Counted from the first letter of the whole stretch, positions 36,345 through 49,374 are shown. The stretch is 63,927 bases of DNA, filler included, from Octopus bimaculoides (GCF_001194135.2; 11 parts of 10 records of this genome joined end to end with filler, not necessarily neighbours in it), one strand, 5' to 3'. The notes: generated from the sequence alone by a model not told the origin. Made by a program: numbers and translations.

Positions 36345-36970
36345 TTTTGGTGCAAAACCCATTTTTCAACACCTGTAACAATGCACTGCAGAAATGACAG
36401 ATTGCTATTCCTGGTTAAAAGACTGCTGCAGATGGTGGAATGTTGTGTTCAGTTCTCAAGCATAAGCTCATGTGAAACCCAAATTCCTTCTTTGCAGGTT
36501 TTCTCAATTTGCTTGAGATGTTCATGGATAGTTGAACATGACACATTAAATTTTTGTGTCAAATCTCTGGTGATTTGATATGGCTCCAATACAGTAGTCT
36601 CATTCAAAAGATCACTCAGAGTGGGTCATCTTTCAGAGCAATGTTGGTCGGATATGTCACAATTGCCATCTTTAAACCTTTTAAATCACAGATGACATGT
36701 ACAAGCTTTCACTGCATCCAGATATACTCACACAAATGTTTTTCATTGCTTCTGTAGCAGTACTCATACAGAAAGCAATGGTGAATATGTTGTTTCATAA
36801 AGTTCTTATCTTCCATGGGGTTAATTAGTGAAATAACTATGAATGACACACTGCCAGATAGAAGAGATGATCTATTTCTAGACAGTTCTCACCCATTCAT
36901 CCTTGGCTCTGATGTGATTGGTTGAATCAAATTTGATAGTGGTGAAAAAAGGCAATTATTTTCTGTGTAT
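36345..36970 (-). pseudogene. Mariner transposase relic (N-terminal half)
   Basis: Minus-strand fragments MKQHIHHCFLYE, FKRFKDG, TIHEHLKQI, EGIWVSHEL (WVPHEL motif) and FLQCIVTGVEKWV (TGDEKW motif); TIR-like AAAATAATTGCC near 36945-36965. Confidence 0.8.
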
Positions 36971-38461
36971 ATATATGTAGTGGATCTTGCATGCATGAAG
37001 TGAATTCAAACCACCATAGCCAAATTTAAATTAACACTGCAACAGAAATTTTCCCACGGTGGAACAATGGTCTTTCTCTGACAGCAGTTTTACATTTTCC
37101 AGATGCCTTTAGTTAGGCCGAAATAATGTCTTCACCACTTGACCCTTTCTAACCTCTTCTACTCCACCAAAATCTAGAATAGAGATGATAAGACCACCAA
37201 CTAAATCTATTCTCAATGATATGTCTATTCTTCTGGATCGTAATAAAAGCAAGAAACTCCAAGCAAACATCAATTAGTCACCAGTCGTTGACAACTTAAC
37301 GAGTCACACGGTGNNNNNNNNNNNNNNNNNNNNNNNNNNNNNNNNNNNNNNNNNNNNNNNNNNNNNNNNNNNNNNNNNNNNNNNNNNNNNNNNNNNNNNN
37401 NNNNNNNNNNNNNNNNNNNNNNNNNNNNNNNNNNNNNNNNNNNNNNNNNNNNNNNNNNNNNNNNNNNNNNNNNNNNNNNNNNNNNNNNNNNNNNNNNNNN
37501 NNNNNNNNNNNNNNNNNNNNNNNNNNNNNNNNNNNNNNNNNNNNNNNNNNNNNNNNNNNNNNNNNNNNNNNNNNNNNNNNNNNNNNNNNNNNNNNNNNNN
37601 NNNNNNNNNNNNNNNNNNNNNNNNNNNNNNNNNNNNNNNNNNNNNNNNNNNNNNNNNNNNNNNNNNNNNNNNNNNNNNNNNNNNNNNNNNNNNNNNNNNN
37701 NNNNNNNNNNNNNNNNNNNNNNNNNNNNNNNNNNNNNNNNNNNNNNNNNNNNNNNNNNNNNNNNNNNNNNNNNNNNNNNNNNNNNNNNNNNNNNNNNNNN
37801 NNNNNNNNNNNNNNNNNNNNNNNNNNNNNNNNNNNNNNNNNNNNNNNNNNNNNNNNNNNNNNNNNNNNNNNNNNNNNNNNNNNNNNNNNNNNNNNNNNNN
37901 NNNNNNNNNNNNNNNNNNNNNNNNNNNNNNNNNNNNNNNNNNNNNNNNNNNNNNNNNNNNNNNNNNNNNNNNNNNNNNNNNNNNNNNNNNNNNNNNNNNN
38001 NNNNNNNNNNNNNNNNNNNNNNNNNNNNNNNNNNNNNNNNNNNNNNNNNNNNNNNNNNNNNNNNNNNNNNNNNNNNNNNNNNNNNNNNNNNNNNNNNNNN
38101 NNNNNNNNNNNNNNNATATATATATATATATATATATACTCACAATTTGAGGATGCAATTTCCCTGTAAGAGATTGTTGATAACAATCCAGATGCCAACT
38201 GGCTTTATCAAATATATTGAAAGAAAGTTCTTCGATATAAATGTATAAAAATTTAATAAAAAGAAAATGGAGAAGAAAAAATATAATAGATGTTTGGTTC
38301 ATTTTATTTGTATCACAATGGAAAAGTAATGCAAAGTAAAAGAGATACTTATAAAACAAGACAACCCCAAAAAACTTGTGAGTTTGGTAAACAGAAACTG
38401 AAAGAAGCCCATATTGTATATATATGTGTGTGTGTGTGTGTGCGTATACACACACACATAT

Positions 38462-38722
38462 ATTCTTTTATTTGTTTCAGTCATTTGACTGCAGCCATGC
38501 TGGAGCACCATGTTTAGTTGAACAAATTGACCCCAGGACTTATTCTTTGTAAGCCTATACATGATGGGCTTCTTTCAGTTTCTATCTACCAAACCCACTC
38601 ACAGGACTTTGGTCAGCCTGTGGCTATAGTAGAAGACACTTGCCCAGGGTTCCACACAATGGAAGTGAACCCAGAACCATGTGGTTGAGAAGCAAGTTTC
38701 TTACCACACAGCCATGCCTGCA
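38462..38722 (-). mobile_element. SINE family A with internal deletion
   Basis: Tail joined directly to the head half at GTAAGCCTATACATGATGGGCTTC; lies just downstream of the ZNF-D stop. Confidence 0.8.
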
Positions 38723-38840
38723 CCTGTTCATAGTTCTGATACTCCAGTATGGCCACATCTAGTAGGCTGAAACAGATGAAAGAGAATACAAACATTAGTA
38801 AATGAGTGACAGTTTTCACAAAAAATGATAACCAGAGACA

Positions 38841-40082
38841 TTAACCTGTATGAATAGACTTGTGTCTCGTTAAATGTCCTCTTTGAGAGAATGATTTACC
38901 ACAGACATTGCAGTGATATGGCTTCTCTCCTGTATGAATACGTTTGTGACTAGTGACTTCAACTATTTGAGAGAAAGATTTACCACAGATATCACAGTGA
39001 TATGGCTTCTCTCCAGTATGGACATACTTGTGTCGAGAAAGATTAGCACTTCTAGAGAATGATTTACCACAGATGTCGCAGGGATAGTACTTCTCTTTTG
39101 TGTGAATATATCTATGAGTTGTTAATGGACTTATTTGAGAGAAGGATTTATCACAGATATCACACTTATATGGCTTCTCTCCCGTATGAATGCGTTTGTG
39201 CGTAGTAAGAGTACTCCCTTTAGTGAAAGATTTGCCACAAATATCACAATGATATGGTTTCTCTCCTGTGTGTATATGTCTGTGGTTAATTAAGTGGCTT
39301 CTTTGAGAGAATGATTTACCACAGATATCACAGTGATATGGCTTCTCTCCTGTATGAATACGTTTGTGAGTAGTTAAGGCGTTTCCATGCGAAAAGGATT
39401 TACCACAGATATCACAGTGAAATGGCTTCTTTCCTGTGTGAATGCGTTTGTGTTTAGTCAAGTTACATCTTACAGAGAATGATTTGTCACAGATATCACA
39501 GTGATATGGCTTCTCTCCTGTATGAATACGTTCATGTTTAGTTAAGATACCTCTCTCAGAGAAGGATTCACCACAAATGTCACAGTGAAATGGTTTCTCC
39601 CCTGTATGAATACGTTCATGTTTAGTTAAGTCATTATTTCTAGAGAATGACTTCTCACAGATATCACAGTGATATGGCTTCACTCCTGTATGAATATGTT
39701 TGTGAATAGCTAAGGTATTTCCATGAGTAAATGATTCACCACAGATGTCACAGTGGTATGGTTTTTCTCCTGTATGAATACGTTTATGAGTAGTTAAGTT
39801 ACATTTTTTAGAGAATGGTTTACCACAGACATCACAGTGATATGGTTTCTCTCCTGTATGAATATGTTTGTGAGAAGATAATGTTGTTCCATGAGAGAAT
39901 GATTTGCCACAGATATCACAATGGTATGGTTTTTCTCCTGTATGAATACGTTTGTGTGTAGTTAGGTTACTTTTCTGAGAGAATGATTTACCACAGACAT
40001 TGCAATGGTATGATGTTTTCTCTATCTCTTTTATCATAGCATCAGGAAAATCACACCCTTTCTTATAAAATTCATTTTCCAT
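38841..40082 (-). CDS. ZNF-D: tandem C2H2 zinc-finger protein, 14 CDIC-type fingers, 413 aa
   Basis: ATG at 40082 (the ORF track starts at a GTG at 40109); 14 CDICGKSF-type fingers with TGEKPYH linkers; stop TAA at 38841. Confidence 0.93.
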   Translation of the reverse strand: MENEFYKKGCDFPDAMIKEIEKTSYHCNVCGKSFSQKSNLTTHKRIHTGEKPYHCDICGKSFSHGTTLSSHKHIHTGEKPYHCDVCGKPFSKKCNLTTHKRIHTGEKPYHCDICGESFTHGNTLAIHKHIHTGVKPYHCDICEKSFSRNNDLTKHERIHTGEKPFHCDICGESFSERGILTKHERIHTGEKPYHCDICDKSFSVRCNLTKHKRIHTGKKPFHCDICGKSFSHGNALTTHKRIHTGEKPYHCDICGKSFSQRSHLINHRHIHTGEKPYHCDICGKSFTKGSTLTTHKRIHTGEKPYKCDICDKSFSQISPLTTHRYIHTKEKYYPCDICGKSFSRSANLSRHKYVHTGEKPYHCDICGKSFSQIVEVTSHKRIHTGEKPYHCNVCGKSFSQRGHLTRHKSIHTG

Positions 40083-40567
40083 AATTTTACTCGACTCAAA
40101 GCAACACACAGACTTTTTTTCTTTTTGCTTTTATATTTTATTTCAGATAAATTTTTCATCCTGTTATATTTCTTCCTAAATTTCTTTCCATCTTTGTCGA
40201 CAACTGAAGATGTTGCAAACTCCTTTGTAAATTAATTTTACTTAGAATGCAAAATGTCGCAGACATTCCAGACACTGAAGTACAGGAATTTTTCTGACAA
40301 TTCCAGAGAAAATATTTCTACAGTAATTCTCCCATATATTTATAGAAACTGGATTATATTCTTCTGCACAAAATCTTGCTTGATCTTGAAACGATAATAA
40401 ATATTGATGTTGTATGTGATATTCTGAAATGAGATAAAAACAACAGTGTAAGATATAGAGGATACTTAAAACCAGTGATATTGAAAAGAGGGAGATGTGG
40501 GTGGAATGAGAATGCTTGATTGGTAATGACATGAACCCAGCCAACCCCAATGGAATGAGGCATTCAT

Positions 40568-41232
40568 AGTAGTGACAGAAGAGGCAGTGAGAGGAGACAG
40601 CACATGTGGGTTAGGGGCCATTAGAATAATGACAGGGGAGACAAAGATAGGAGATGGTATGCATGTAGGCCAGAGACCACTACAGTAGTGACAGAAGAGG
40701 CAGTTAGAGGAGACAGCACACNNNNNNNNNNNNNNNNNNNNNNNNNNNNNNNNNNNNNNNNNNNNNNNNNNNNNNNNNNNNNNNNNNNNNNNNNNNNNNN
40801 NNNNNNNNNNNNNNNNNNNNNNNNNNNNNNNNNNNNNNNNNNNNNNNNNNNNNNNNNNNNNNNNNNNNNNNNNNNNNNNNNNNNNNNNNNNNNNNNNNNN
40901 NNNNNNNNNNNNNNNNNNNNNNNNNNNNNNNNNNNNNNNNNNNNNNNNNNNNNNNNNNNNNNNNNNNNNNNNNNNNNNNNNNNNNNNNNNNNNNNNNNNN
41001 NNNNNNNNNNNNNNNNNNNNNNNNNNNNNNNNNNNNNNNNNNNNNNNNNNNNNNNNNNNNNNNNNNNNNNNNNNNNNNNNNNNNNNNNNNNNNNNNNNNN
41101 NNNNNNNNNNNNNNNNNNNNNTAGGGGCCATTAGAATAATGACAGGGGAGACAAAGATAGGAGATGGTATGCATGTAGGCCAGAGACCACTACAGTAGTG
41201 ACAGAAGAGGCAGTTAGAGGAGACAGCACACA
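40568..41232. repeat. 116-bp minisatellite spanning an N gap
   Basis: Unit AGTAGTGACAGAAGAGGCAG...GAGACCACTAC repeats at 40568 and 40684 and again after the gap (41194). Confidence 0.85.
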
Positions 41233-41543
41233 TACTGGCCTTAGTCTGTGAAGGCCTTTTTGGCCAATCAGGTGAGTGACCCTTTTCTGGATGTCATAGC
41301 AATACTTGTTTGTGGGCCCCACCAGAGCTTGATGGAGTATCAATAATTGTTGGGACTGAAGTGTTCTCTCATCCTGAATAGAAGGGGCCTTAAAACAGAC
41401 CCCTCTACCTAAGACCTGGCATTGGCAATGGTCACGCTCAAAATGGTGCATCTTATGTGCCACCCGCACAATAGCCAGTCCAGGGGCACTGGCAACGATC
41501 TCACTTGGCTTGCCGGGTCTTCTCACGCACAGCACATATATAT

Positions 41544-41690
41544 CGTCGTCGTCGTTTAACGTCCGCTTTCCATGCTAGCATGGGTTGGACGATTTGACTG
41601 AGGACTGGTGAAACCAGATGGCTACACCAGGCTCCAATCTGATTTGGCAGTGTTTCCACATCTGGATGCCCTTCCTAACGCCAACAACTC
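41544..41690 (-). mobile_element. SINE family B 3' part (a separate 5' fragment lies at about 41418-41535)
   Basis: Near-exact reverse complement of 29320-29465. Confidence 0.85.
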
Positions 41691-42142
41691 NNNNNNNNNN
41701 NNNNNNNNNNNNNNNNNNNNNNNNNNNNNNNNNNTTAATTAATTAANNNNNNNNNNNNNNNNNNNNNNNNNNNNNNNNNNNNNNNNNNNNAAAACACCAC
41801 CAACAAGAATAATTTTATTTTACGCTAATTACCAACTTTAATTTACTGTCCAAACAATTAACCCAAGCAGAAGTTTTACAAAACTCTTCTCTTGTATGTC
41901 CAAGTATCTGTTGTACGTGAAGTGCATGTGTGGTTGTGTTTTTGTGTGTGTGTGTATGTTTGTCGTGGTTTACGAATGTATGTGTGCACTAGTGTGGGTG
42001 TGTGTATGTTAATGTGTATGTGTTGAAGGGTGTGTGTTTGCGAATGGATAAGTAGGTGCTTGTATATGTATGTGTGTATGTGTATTTACGAGCGTTTTTC
42101 TGTAAATATGAGTGAACACTGGTGTGTGTGAGTGTATATGAA

Positions 42143-42189
<47 letters not shown>

Positions 42190-42199
42190 NNNNNNNNNN

Positions 42200-42242
<43 letters not shown>

Positions 42243-42614
42243 GGCGTATACGTGTATGTGAATGCGTGTATGTGTGTTTTACTATTGCTTAATCTTTCAT
42301 TTACCCTCGAGCAAAGCTTACTGACCACTACCACTACCACCACCACCACCATCACCACACCACCGCCAGCAACAACAACAACACTAACTCGACTAGGGTC
42401 ACCTGGTACATCACATTGCACTAATTTCACACGGTTTATTAAGAAGTTCTCTAAAGACGTTACGTCATGTTGCAACCTAAGCTGTGATAATGAGACGCGG
42501 TTTCAAATTCGCCATAAAATTCAGCTTAGAAATTAAGATCAGCAACGGTTAATTAACATTATTTGATCCTCACATATCGATCGTTGTATTTCTTACCTTT
42601 TGTCTGAAGGTTTG

Positions 42615-42767
42615 GTTGTGTACTTAAGAGGATCGCATTGCAACCATGTGGATTCGGGTTCAGTCCCACTGTGCGGTACATTGAACTAGTGATTTCTATT
42701 ATAAACCCGGGACCATCAAGACTTTGTGCGTCGGTTTGGTGGACGGAAACTGTATGAAAGAGTGACG

Positions 42768-42770
<3 letters not shown>
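42615..42770 (+). mobile_element. SINE family A head, diverged
   Basis: GGGTTCAGTCCCACTG..GGTACATTG...GGACGGAAACTG. Confidence 0.65.
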
Positions 42771-42801
<31 letters not shown>

Positions 42802-43204
42802 NNNNNNNNNNNNNNNNNNNNNNNNNNNNNNNNNNNNNNNNNNNNNNNNNNNNNNNNNNNNNNNNNNNNNNNNNNNNNNNNNNNNNNNNNNNNNNNNNNN
42901 NNNNNNNNNNNNNNNNNNNNNNNNNNNNNNNNNNNNNNNNNNNNNNNNNNNNNNNNNNNNNNNNNNNNNNNNNNNNNNNNNNNNNNNNNNNNNNNNNNNN
43001 NNNNNNNNNNNNNNNNNNNNNNNNNNNNNNNNNNNNNNNNNNNNNNNNNNNNNNNNNNNNNNNNNNNNNNNNNNNNNNNNNNNNNNNNNNNNNNNNNNNN
43101 NNNNNNNNNNNNNNNNNNNNNNNNNNNNNNNNNNNNNNNNNNNNNNNNNNNNNNNNNNNNNNNNNNNNNNNNACGCCTGTAAAAAGCAAAAACAAAAACA
43201 ATGA

Positions 43205-43545
43205 AAAAACGGTATCGGAAGGGTGATACATACCCTGCGCGTATACAATGATAAAATAAAATTTCATTTCATAATCTCAGATGAATTTACATTTCACCAA
43301 AATGACATCAAGAGTTATTTTCCGTGCCTGTCGTTCATGCATATGTAACAACAACAAAAAAGAAAACATTTTGAATCACCCGTCCGCCAAAATTTAATGA
43401 GTTCGAGCCACTCACCCAATGAGTAGTTCTGCCAAATTTGGTGAAAATCCGTTCGGCCGTTTTCCAGTAATTTTGCAAACACACAGACAGAAAAACAGAC
43501 GATCGACTACAATACTCTGCTTCCGCTTACGCACGCAGAGTAAAA
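43205..43545 (-). mobile_element. Helentron-associated (DINE-1/HINE-like) non-autonomous element
   Basis: Minus strand starts TTTT-ACTCTGC..GCAGAGT hairpin, then CTGT-rich repeats and AACGGATTTTCACCAAATTTGG; the 3' end has the subTIR-like GCGCAGGGTAT, a GGGT/ACCC stem and a T run. Confidence 0.55.
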
Positions 43546-44352
43546 GGACGGGGTGGTTAGAGTTAGAACATAATAAATCAACTTGATTTGTATATAAAAA
43601 ATCGACTTGAACGTGTCCCACTTGTGACAACGATAGTTACAGCAACAACAACAGCAACAATAATATAAAATGTACGTAACAACGATGATAAAGAATGATC
43701 TCGGTGTGAAGGGTTAAACAGAGTTGTAGGAAGACGCTGTGATTTAATGGCTGACGTTTTACCAGTAGAGAAGAGGTCAGCCGAAGTCAAAGGTCAGCCA
43801 ATAACACACGGTGGGTGATCTTTGTTGTATCATGTTCGGTTAATTTATTTGTTCTGACACACAATCTCCTTACGGTCGTTCTTTATTTTGTTCGCCTCAC
43901 ATAGCACAGGTGTGTGCGTGGGCATGTGTGCGCGTGTGTATGTGTGTGTATGTGTATTTATATGTGCATGTATATGTATATACATGCACACATATTTATA
44001 TATATTTAAACACGCACACACACACACACATACATACACACATATATATATATACATATANNNNNNNNNNNNNNNNNNNNNNNNNNNNNNNNNNNNNNNN
44101 NNNNNNNNNNNNNNNNNNNNNNNNNNNNNNNNNNNNNNNNNNNNNNNNNNNNNNNNNNNNNNNNNNNNNNNNNNNNNNNNNNNNNNNNNNNNNNNNNNNN
44201 NNNNNNNNNNNNNNNNNNNNNNNNNNNNNNNNNNNNNNNNNNNNNNNNNNNNNNNNNNNNNNNNNNNNNNNNNNNNNNNNNNNNNNNNNNNNNNNNNNNN
44301 NNNNNNNNNNNNNNNNNNNNNNNNNNNNNNNNNNNNNNNNNNNNNNNNNNNN

Positions 44353-44385
<33 letters not shown>

Positions 44386-44921
44386 GTATGTATAGATAGA
44401 TATGTAGATGTATGTAAAAATAGGATATATGTGTATATACTTTTATGTATGTATATATGTGTATGTGTGTGTCTGTCTGTAGATCTGCGTGCTATACACA
44501 CACTTACCTATATATTTATGTATATGTATGGCTGCCGGAATGTATGTGTTTGCTTATGCATGTGTGCGAATGTGTGACAAGCCATGGCACGGATTTGTCT
44601 GTATTATTCTAAATATGTATATTTATTTATTTATTTATGTGTTTCAGCCAAGTGGCTGCGGTCATGCTGGTGCACCACCGTATATGTTTATATGTTAATG
44701 TATGTGTTTATGCTTATTATTGAATATATGTGTGTATAATCGTGGGTGTCACTGCGTTTGTTAAAAATATTAGGTTTGCCTTAGTACATATTTATGATTA
44801 ATGCATACAGTCTGTTTAATTCAATCAATCAATCAATTAATCAATTGAATTAACAGCCAGTCATGCATTATTTACTGAAACCACCACATTTAATGCCTAT
44901 GCATATTTACATAGCTACTTA

Positions 44922-45132
44922 CCGTATTTGATGGCCTATAAGACGCACGGGTGCATACGACGCACCCTAGCCTACTTTTGTAAAATAAATTTCCACTAAA
45001 ATAATGTTTTAATTCCCCCACTTACCTGTATGACTTTGAGCCTACATTGAGTGCATTGGGCGCAAGGGGATTTCTTAAGCCATTTTGGGGTAAAAAAAAA
45101 AAATGGTGCGTCTTATAGGCCATCAAATACGG
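44922..45132. mobile_element. pogo/Tigger-like MITE, 211 bp
   Basis: Perfect 27-bp TIRs CCGTATTTGATGGCCTATAAGACGCAC, flanked by TA on both sides. Confidence 0.9.
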
Positions 45133-45471
45133 TATTTCTCAGTTGACCGAATAGGTGTCCGTGTGACTACTGCTGAGTAATCCAACTAGATCTGAAACTG
45201 GTTAGGTTAATCCCCCCTTCCTTTTTTCTGTACACGAACGAGGAAGCGAGAAAAAATAAGTCTATGTCTTCTCAAAGTCCCACAGCGTCGCCTCAAAGAT
45301 GCATTACATTTACCTTGGCACATATACATATATATACATATATATACATATACATATATATACATATACATATACATATATAGGTATANNNNNNNNNNAT
45401 ATATACATATACATATATATACATATACATATACATATATAGGTATATGTATGTATGCATGTATTTAGTTA

Positions 45472-46391
45472 CGAGGTGGTATCAAAAAGCTCCAAAAATA
45501 GAGATGTTTGATGAAAAATAACTTATTTACCTAAGTTTTAATATCATCTCCCTCGAAATTGTCACTTTGCGCAGCAATACACTGGTACCAGCGTTCGTGT
45601 CACTTTTGGAATCCAGCCTGGAAGCCGTTTTCTGTAAGTGAGTCGAGGTTCTGGTCCTTCTGCGATTCGTTCTTCATCTCGACAACAGTGTCAAAATGGC
45701 GACCTCTGAACTGTATTTTCATCTTGCGGAAGAGATTAAAGTCTGCAGGTGCTAATTCTGGCGAATAGGGCGCGTGAGGAAGCGACACCATGTTGTTTTG
45801 GGCGAGGAACTCCCGAATGAGGAGAGCTCGGTGGCTGGGTCCATTTTCGTCGTGAAGAATCCAGTTCTTTGCGCTCCACAGATCCGGTCGCTTTCACTGA
45901 ATGTCTTCCCTGAAACGTTTTAAAACGTCATTGATTGTCCTCCGACGATCTTCATGCACAACCTGATGAATTTTCTCCACAATTCCGCAGCTGACGCTCC
46001 TGGAAGGTCTCCCAGATTCCTTATCGTCTTCCAGGGTGGGGGGTCTGCTTTTGAAGTGCCTGTACCACTCGAAACATTGCCCACCACCCATTGCCTCGTC
46101 GTCGTAAGCTTACCAAAGCATGTTCTGTCTCTGCAGCAGACTTCTCCAATTTAACGCAAAATTTCAAATTAGCTCTTTGTTCCAACTTCCTCTCCATAAC
46201 AAAATCGCAAACTACAGCATAAATTCGATCGCAGAAACGCAAATTTCACAAGTTGCGAAGTAAACACAGCGATGTCACTCGACACACTGTCTCGTGAAGG
46301 TCACTTCTAGCTCGCACTGCGCACGCACGCGTACGTTGCCACCTGTTGGCGCGCTACAGATCTAGTCCGGGAACTTTTTGATACCACCTCG
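45472..46391 (-). mobile_element. Mariner (DD34D-type) internal-deletion derivative, 920 bp
   Basis: 22-bp TIRs CGAGGTGGTATCAAAAAG(C/T)TCC with 21/22 match; fragments EQRANLKFCVKL, EWYRHF..EDD..SGRP, WILHDENGPSH and PYSPELAPADF; the WVPHxL/TGDE segment is missing. Confidence 0.9.
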
Positions 46392-46404
46392 TCTGTATTT
46401 ATGC

Positions 46405-46446
<42 letters not shown>

Positions 46447-46867
46447 TTAAACACGCACGCACACACATATATTCAAATATGTGTATGCGTTTATACACAC
46501 ACACTCATACACGCACATAAAAAACCACACATATAGACATATATTTGTGTTTTTGTGTTTGCGTATATATACATGTGTGTACATGCATGTTCCCATGTAT
46601 ATAACGTTGTGTTTGTTTCTGTATATATATATATAAACAGTGCGCCAGGTACAGGCCAAGGTGAATCTCATAAGCATACATTACACTAAATAGAAACACG
46701 ACTACAGCCTCTTCTCTTTCCGTCTTCCTTTTTCTCTTTCCTCATTACAATCCTTAATGATCATAAAATATGTGGATGCCAGCTCTAATTGCTTACCTCA
46801 GATATTCTATTTCTTCCATCGAAACCAGTCAACATTGTTTTATTATTGTTACTACAACTACTACTAC

Positions 46868-46920
<53 letters not shown>

Positions 46921-47240
46921 CTTATCGACATCGTCATCGGTGATTTTGCATCACGACGATACGAGCAAGGTGACCGATATCACTCACAAATGGACTCAGA
47001 GGGAGCTATCCTTGTAAGGTATGGCACAGGTAGCAAAACGCGTACACCGCCTCTTTTGCTTGTCCCAATTTTTCAGCCGACCAAATTAGAGACGCTCTCT
47101 TAAGTTTCTATTCTTTCTAGTTGTTTTGCCCTTGCATAAATCTCTTATTTTAGTGGACTTGGTGACTTGCTTGTACTTTGTAGCTTCCTTACAAACACGC
47201 ACGCGCGCACACGCATATACGTATACACACACATATACAC

Positions 47241-47273
<33 letters not shown>

Positions 47274-49374
47274 NNNNNNNNNNNNNNNNNNNNNNNNNNN
47301 NNNNNNNNNNNNNNNNNNNNNNNNNNNNNNNNNNNNNNNNNNNNNNNNNNNNNNNNNNNNNNNNNNNNNNNNNNNNNNNNNNNNNNNNNNNNNNNNNNNN
47401 NNNNNNNNNNNNNNNNNNNNNNNNNNNNNNNNNNNNNNNNNNNNNNNNNNNNNNNNNNNNNNNNNNNNNNNNNNNNNNNNNNNNNNNNNNNNNNNNNNNN
47501 NNNNNNNNNNNNNNNNNNNNNNNNNNNNNNNNNNNNNNNNNNNNNNNNNNNNNNNNNNNNNNNNNNNNNNNNNNNNNNNNNNNNNNNNNNNNNNNNNNNN
47601 NNNNNNNNNNNNNNNNNNNNNNNNNNNNNNNNNNNNNNNNNNNNNNNNNNNNNNNNNNNNNNNNNNNNNNNNNNNNNNNNNNNNNNNNNNNNNNNNNNNN
47701 NNNNNNNNNNNNNNNNNNNNNNNNNNNNNNNNNNNNNNNNNNNNNNNNNNNNNNNNNNNNNNNNNNNNNNNNNNNNNNNNNNNNNNNNNNNNNNNNNNNN
47801 NNNNNNNNNNNNNNNNNNNNNNNNNNNNNNNNNTATATATATATATATATATATATGCATAGATACATACATACATGTACATACTTACATATATATATGC
47901 ATATACACATGCATATATGGGTACAGGACGTCAAAAAACGCAAACAACATGAAAAACGAGAACATGAAATACAAAAACATGGAAAACGAACTTTTTTTGA
48001 ACAACGAAAGAAACAAATAGAAACACGAGACAGGCAACATAAAGAACATTCCCTTCATCAGTTGTCCAGTTTTATCTACTCCATATTTCCCGCAAAGCAA
48101 ATTAAATGAAATTTGGGATCCGTGGAGGGTCAAAGTTGTTCAGATGTAAAAGCATAAAAGCATAAAAGCATAAAAGAACCAATTTTGAGATTTTGTTTTG
48201 TTTTACTGTTGTTATTTTGTAGCAATTCTCTGTCTGCATCAGACCTTACTCTTCATGCGTGCGATGTAAGTATATTATTTTCTATGNNNNNNNNNNNNNN
48301 NNNNNNNNNNNNNNNNNNNNNNNNNNNNNNNNNNNNNNNNNNNNNNNNNNNNNNNNNNNNNNNNNNNNNNNNNNNNNNNNNNNNNNNNNNNNNNNNNNNN
48401 NNNNNNNNNNNNNNNNNNNNNNNNNNNNNNNNNNNNNNNNNNNNNNNNNNNNNNNNNNNNNNNNNNNNNNNNNNNNNNNNNNNNNNNNNNNNNNNNNNNN
48501 NNNNNNNNNNNNNNNNNNNNNNNNNNNNNNNNNNNNNNNNNNNNNNNNNNNNNNNNNNNNNNNNNNNNNNNNNNNNNNNNNNNNNNNNNNNNNNNNNNNN
48601 NNNNNNNNNNNNNNNNNNNNNNNNNNNNNNNNNNNNNNNNNNNNNNNNNNNNNNNNNNNNNNNNNNNNNNNNNNNNNNNNNNNNNNNNNNNNNNNNNNNN
48701 NNNNNNNNNNNNNNNNNNNNNNNNNNNNNNNNNNNNNNNNNNNNNNNNNNNNNNNNNNNNNNNNNNNNNNNNNNNNNNNNNNNNNNNNNNNNNNNNNNNN
48801 NNNNNNNNNNNNNNNNNNNNNNNNNNNNNNNNNNNNNNNNNNNNNNNNNNNNNNNNNNNNNNNNNNNNNNNNNNNNNNNNNNNNNNNNNNNNNNNNNNNN
48901 NNNNNNNNNNNNNNNNNNNNNNNNNNNNNNNNNNNNNNNNNNNNNNNNNNNNNNNNNNNNNNNNNNNNNNNNNNNNNNNNNNNNNNNNNNNNNNNNNNNN
49001 NNNNNNNNNNNNNNNNNNNNNNNNNNNNNNNNNNNNNNNNNNNNNNNNNNNNNNNNNNNNNNNNNNNNNNNNNNNNNNNNNNNNNNNNNNNNNNNNNNNN
49101 NNNNNNNNNNNNNNNNNNNNNNNNNNNNNNNNNNNNNNNNNNNNNNNNNNNNNNNNNNNNNNNNNNNNNNNNNNNNATATATATATATTATATATATACA
49201 TTATATATATACATACACACATTATATATACATATATACACATATATACATGCATACATACATACTTACATACATACATACAGACAGACATACGTCCATG
49301 CACATACATACACTTATATATGAATATATGTATAAATATCTATATGTAACTATATATGTATATACGAGCCAGTC

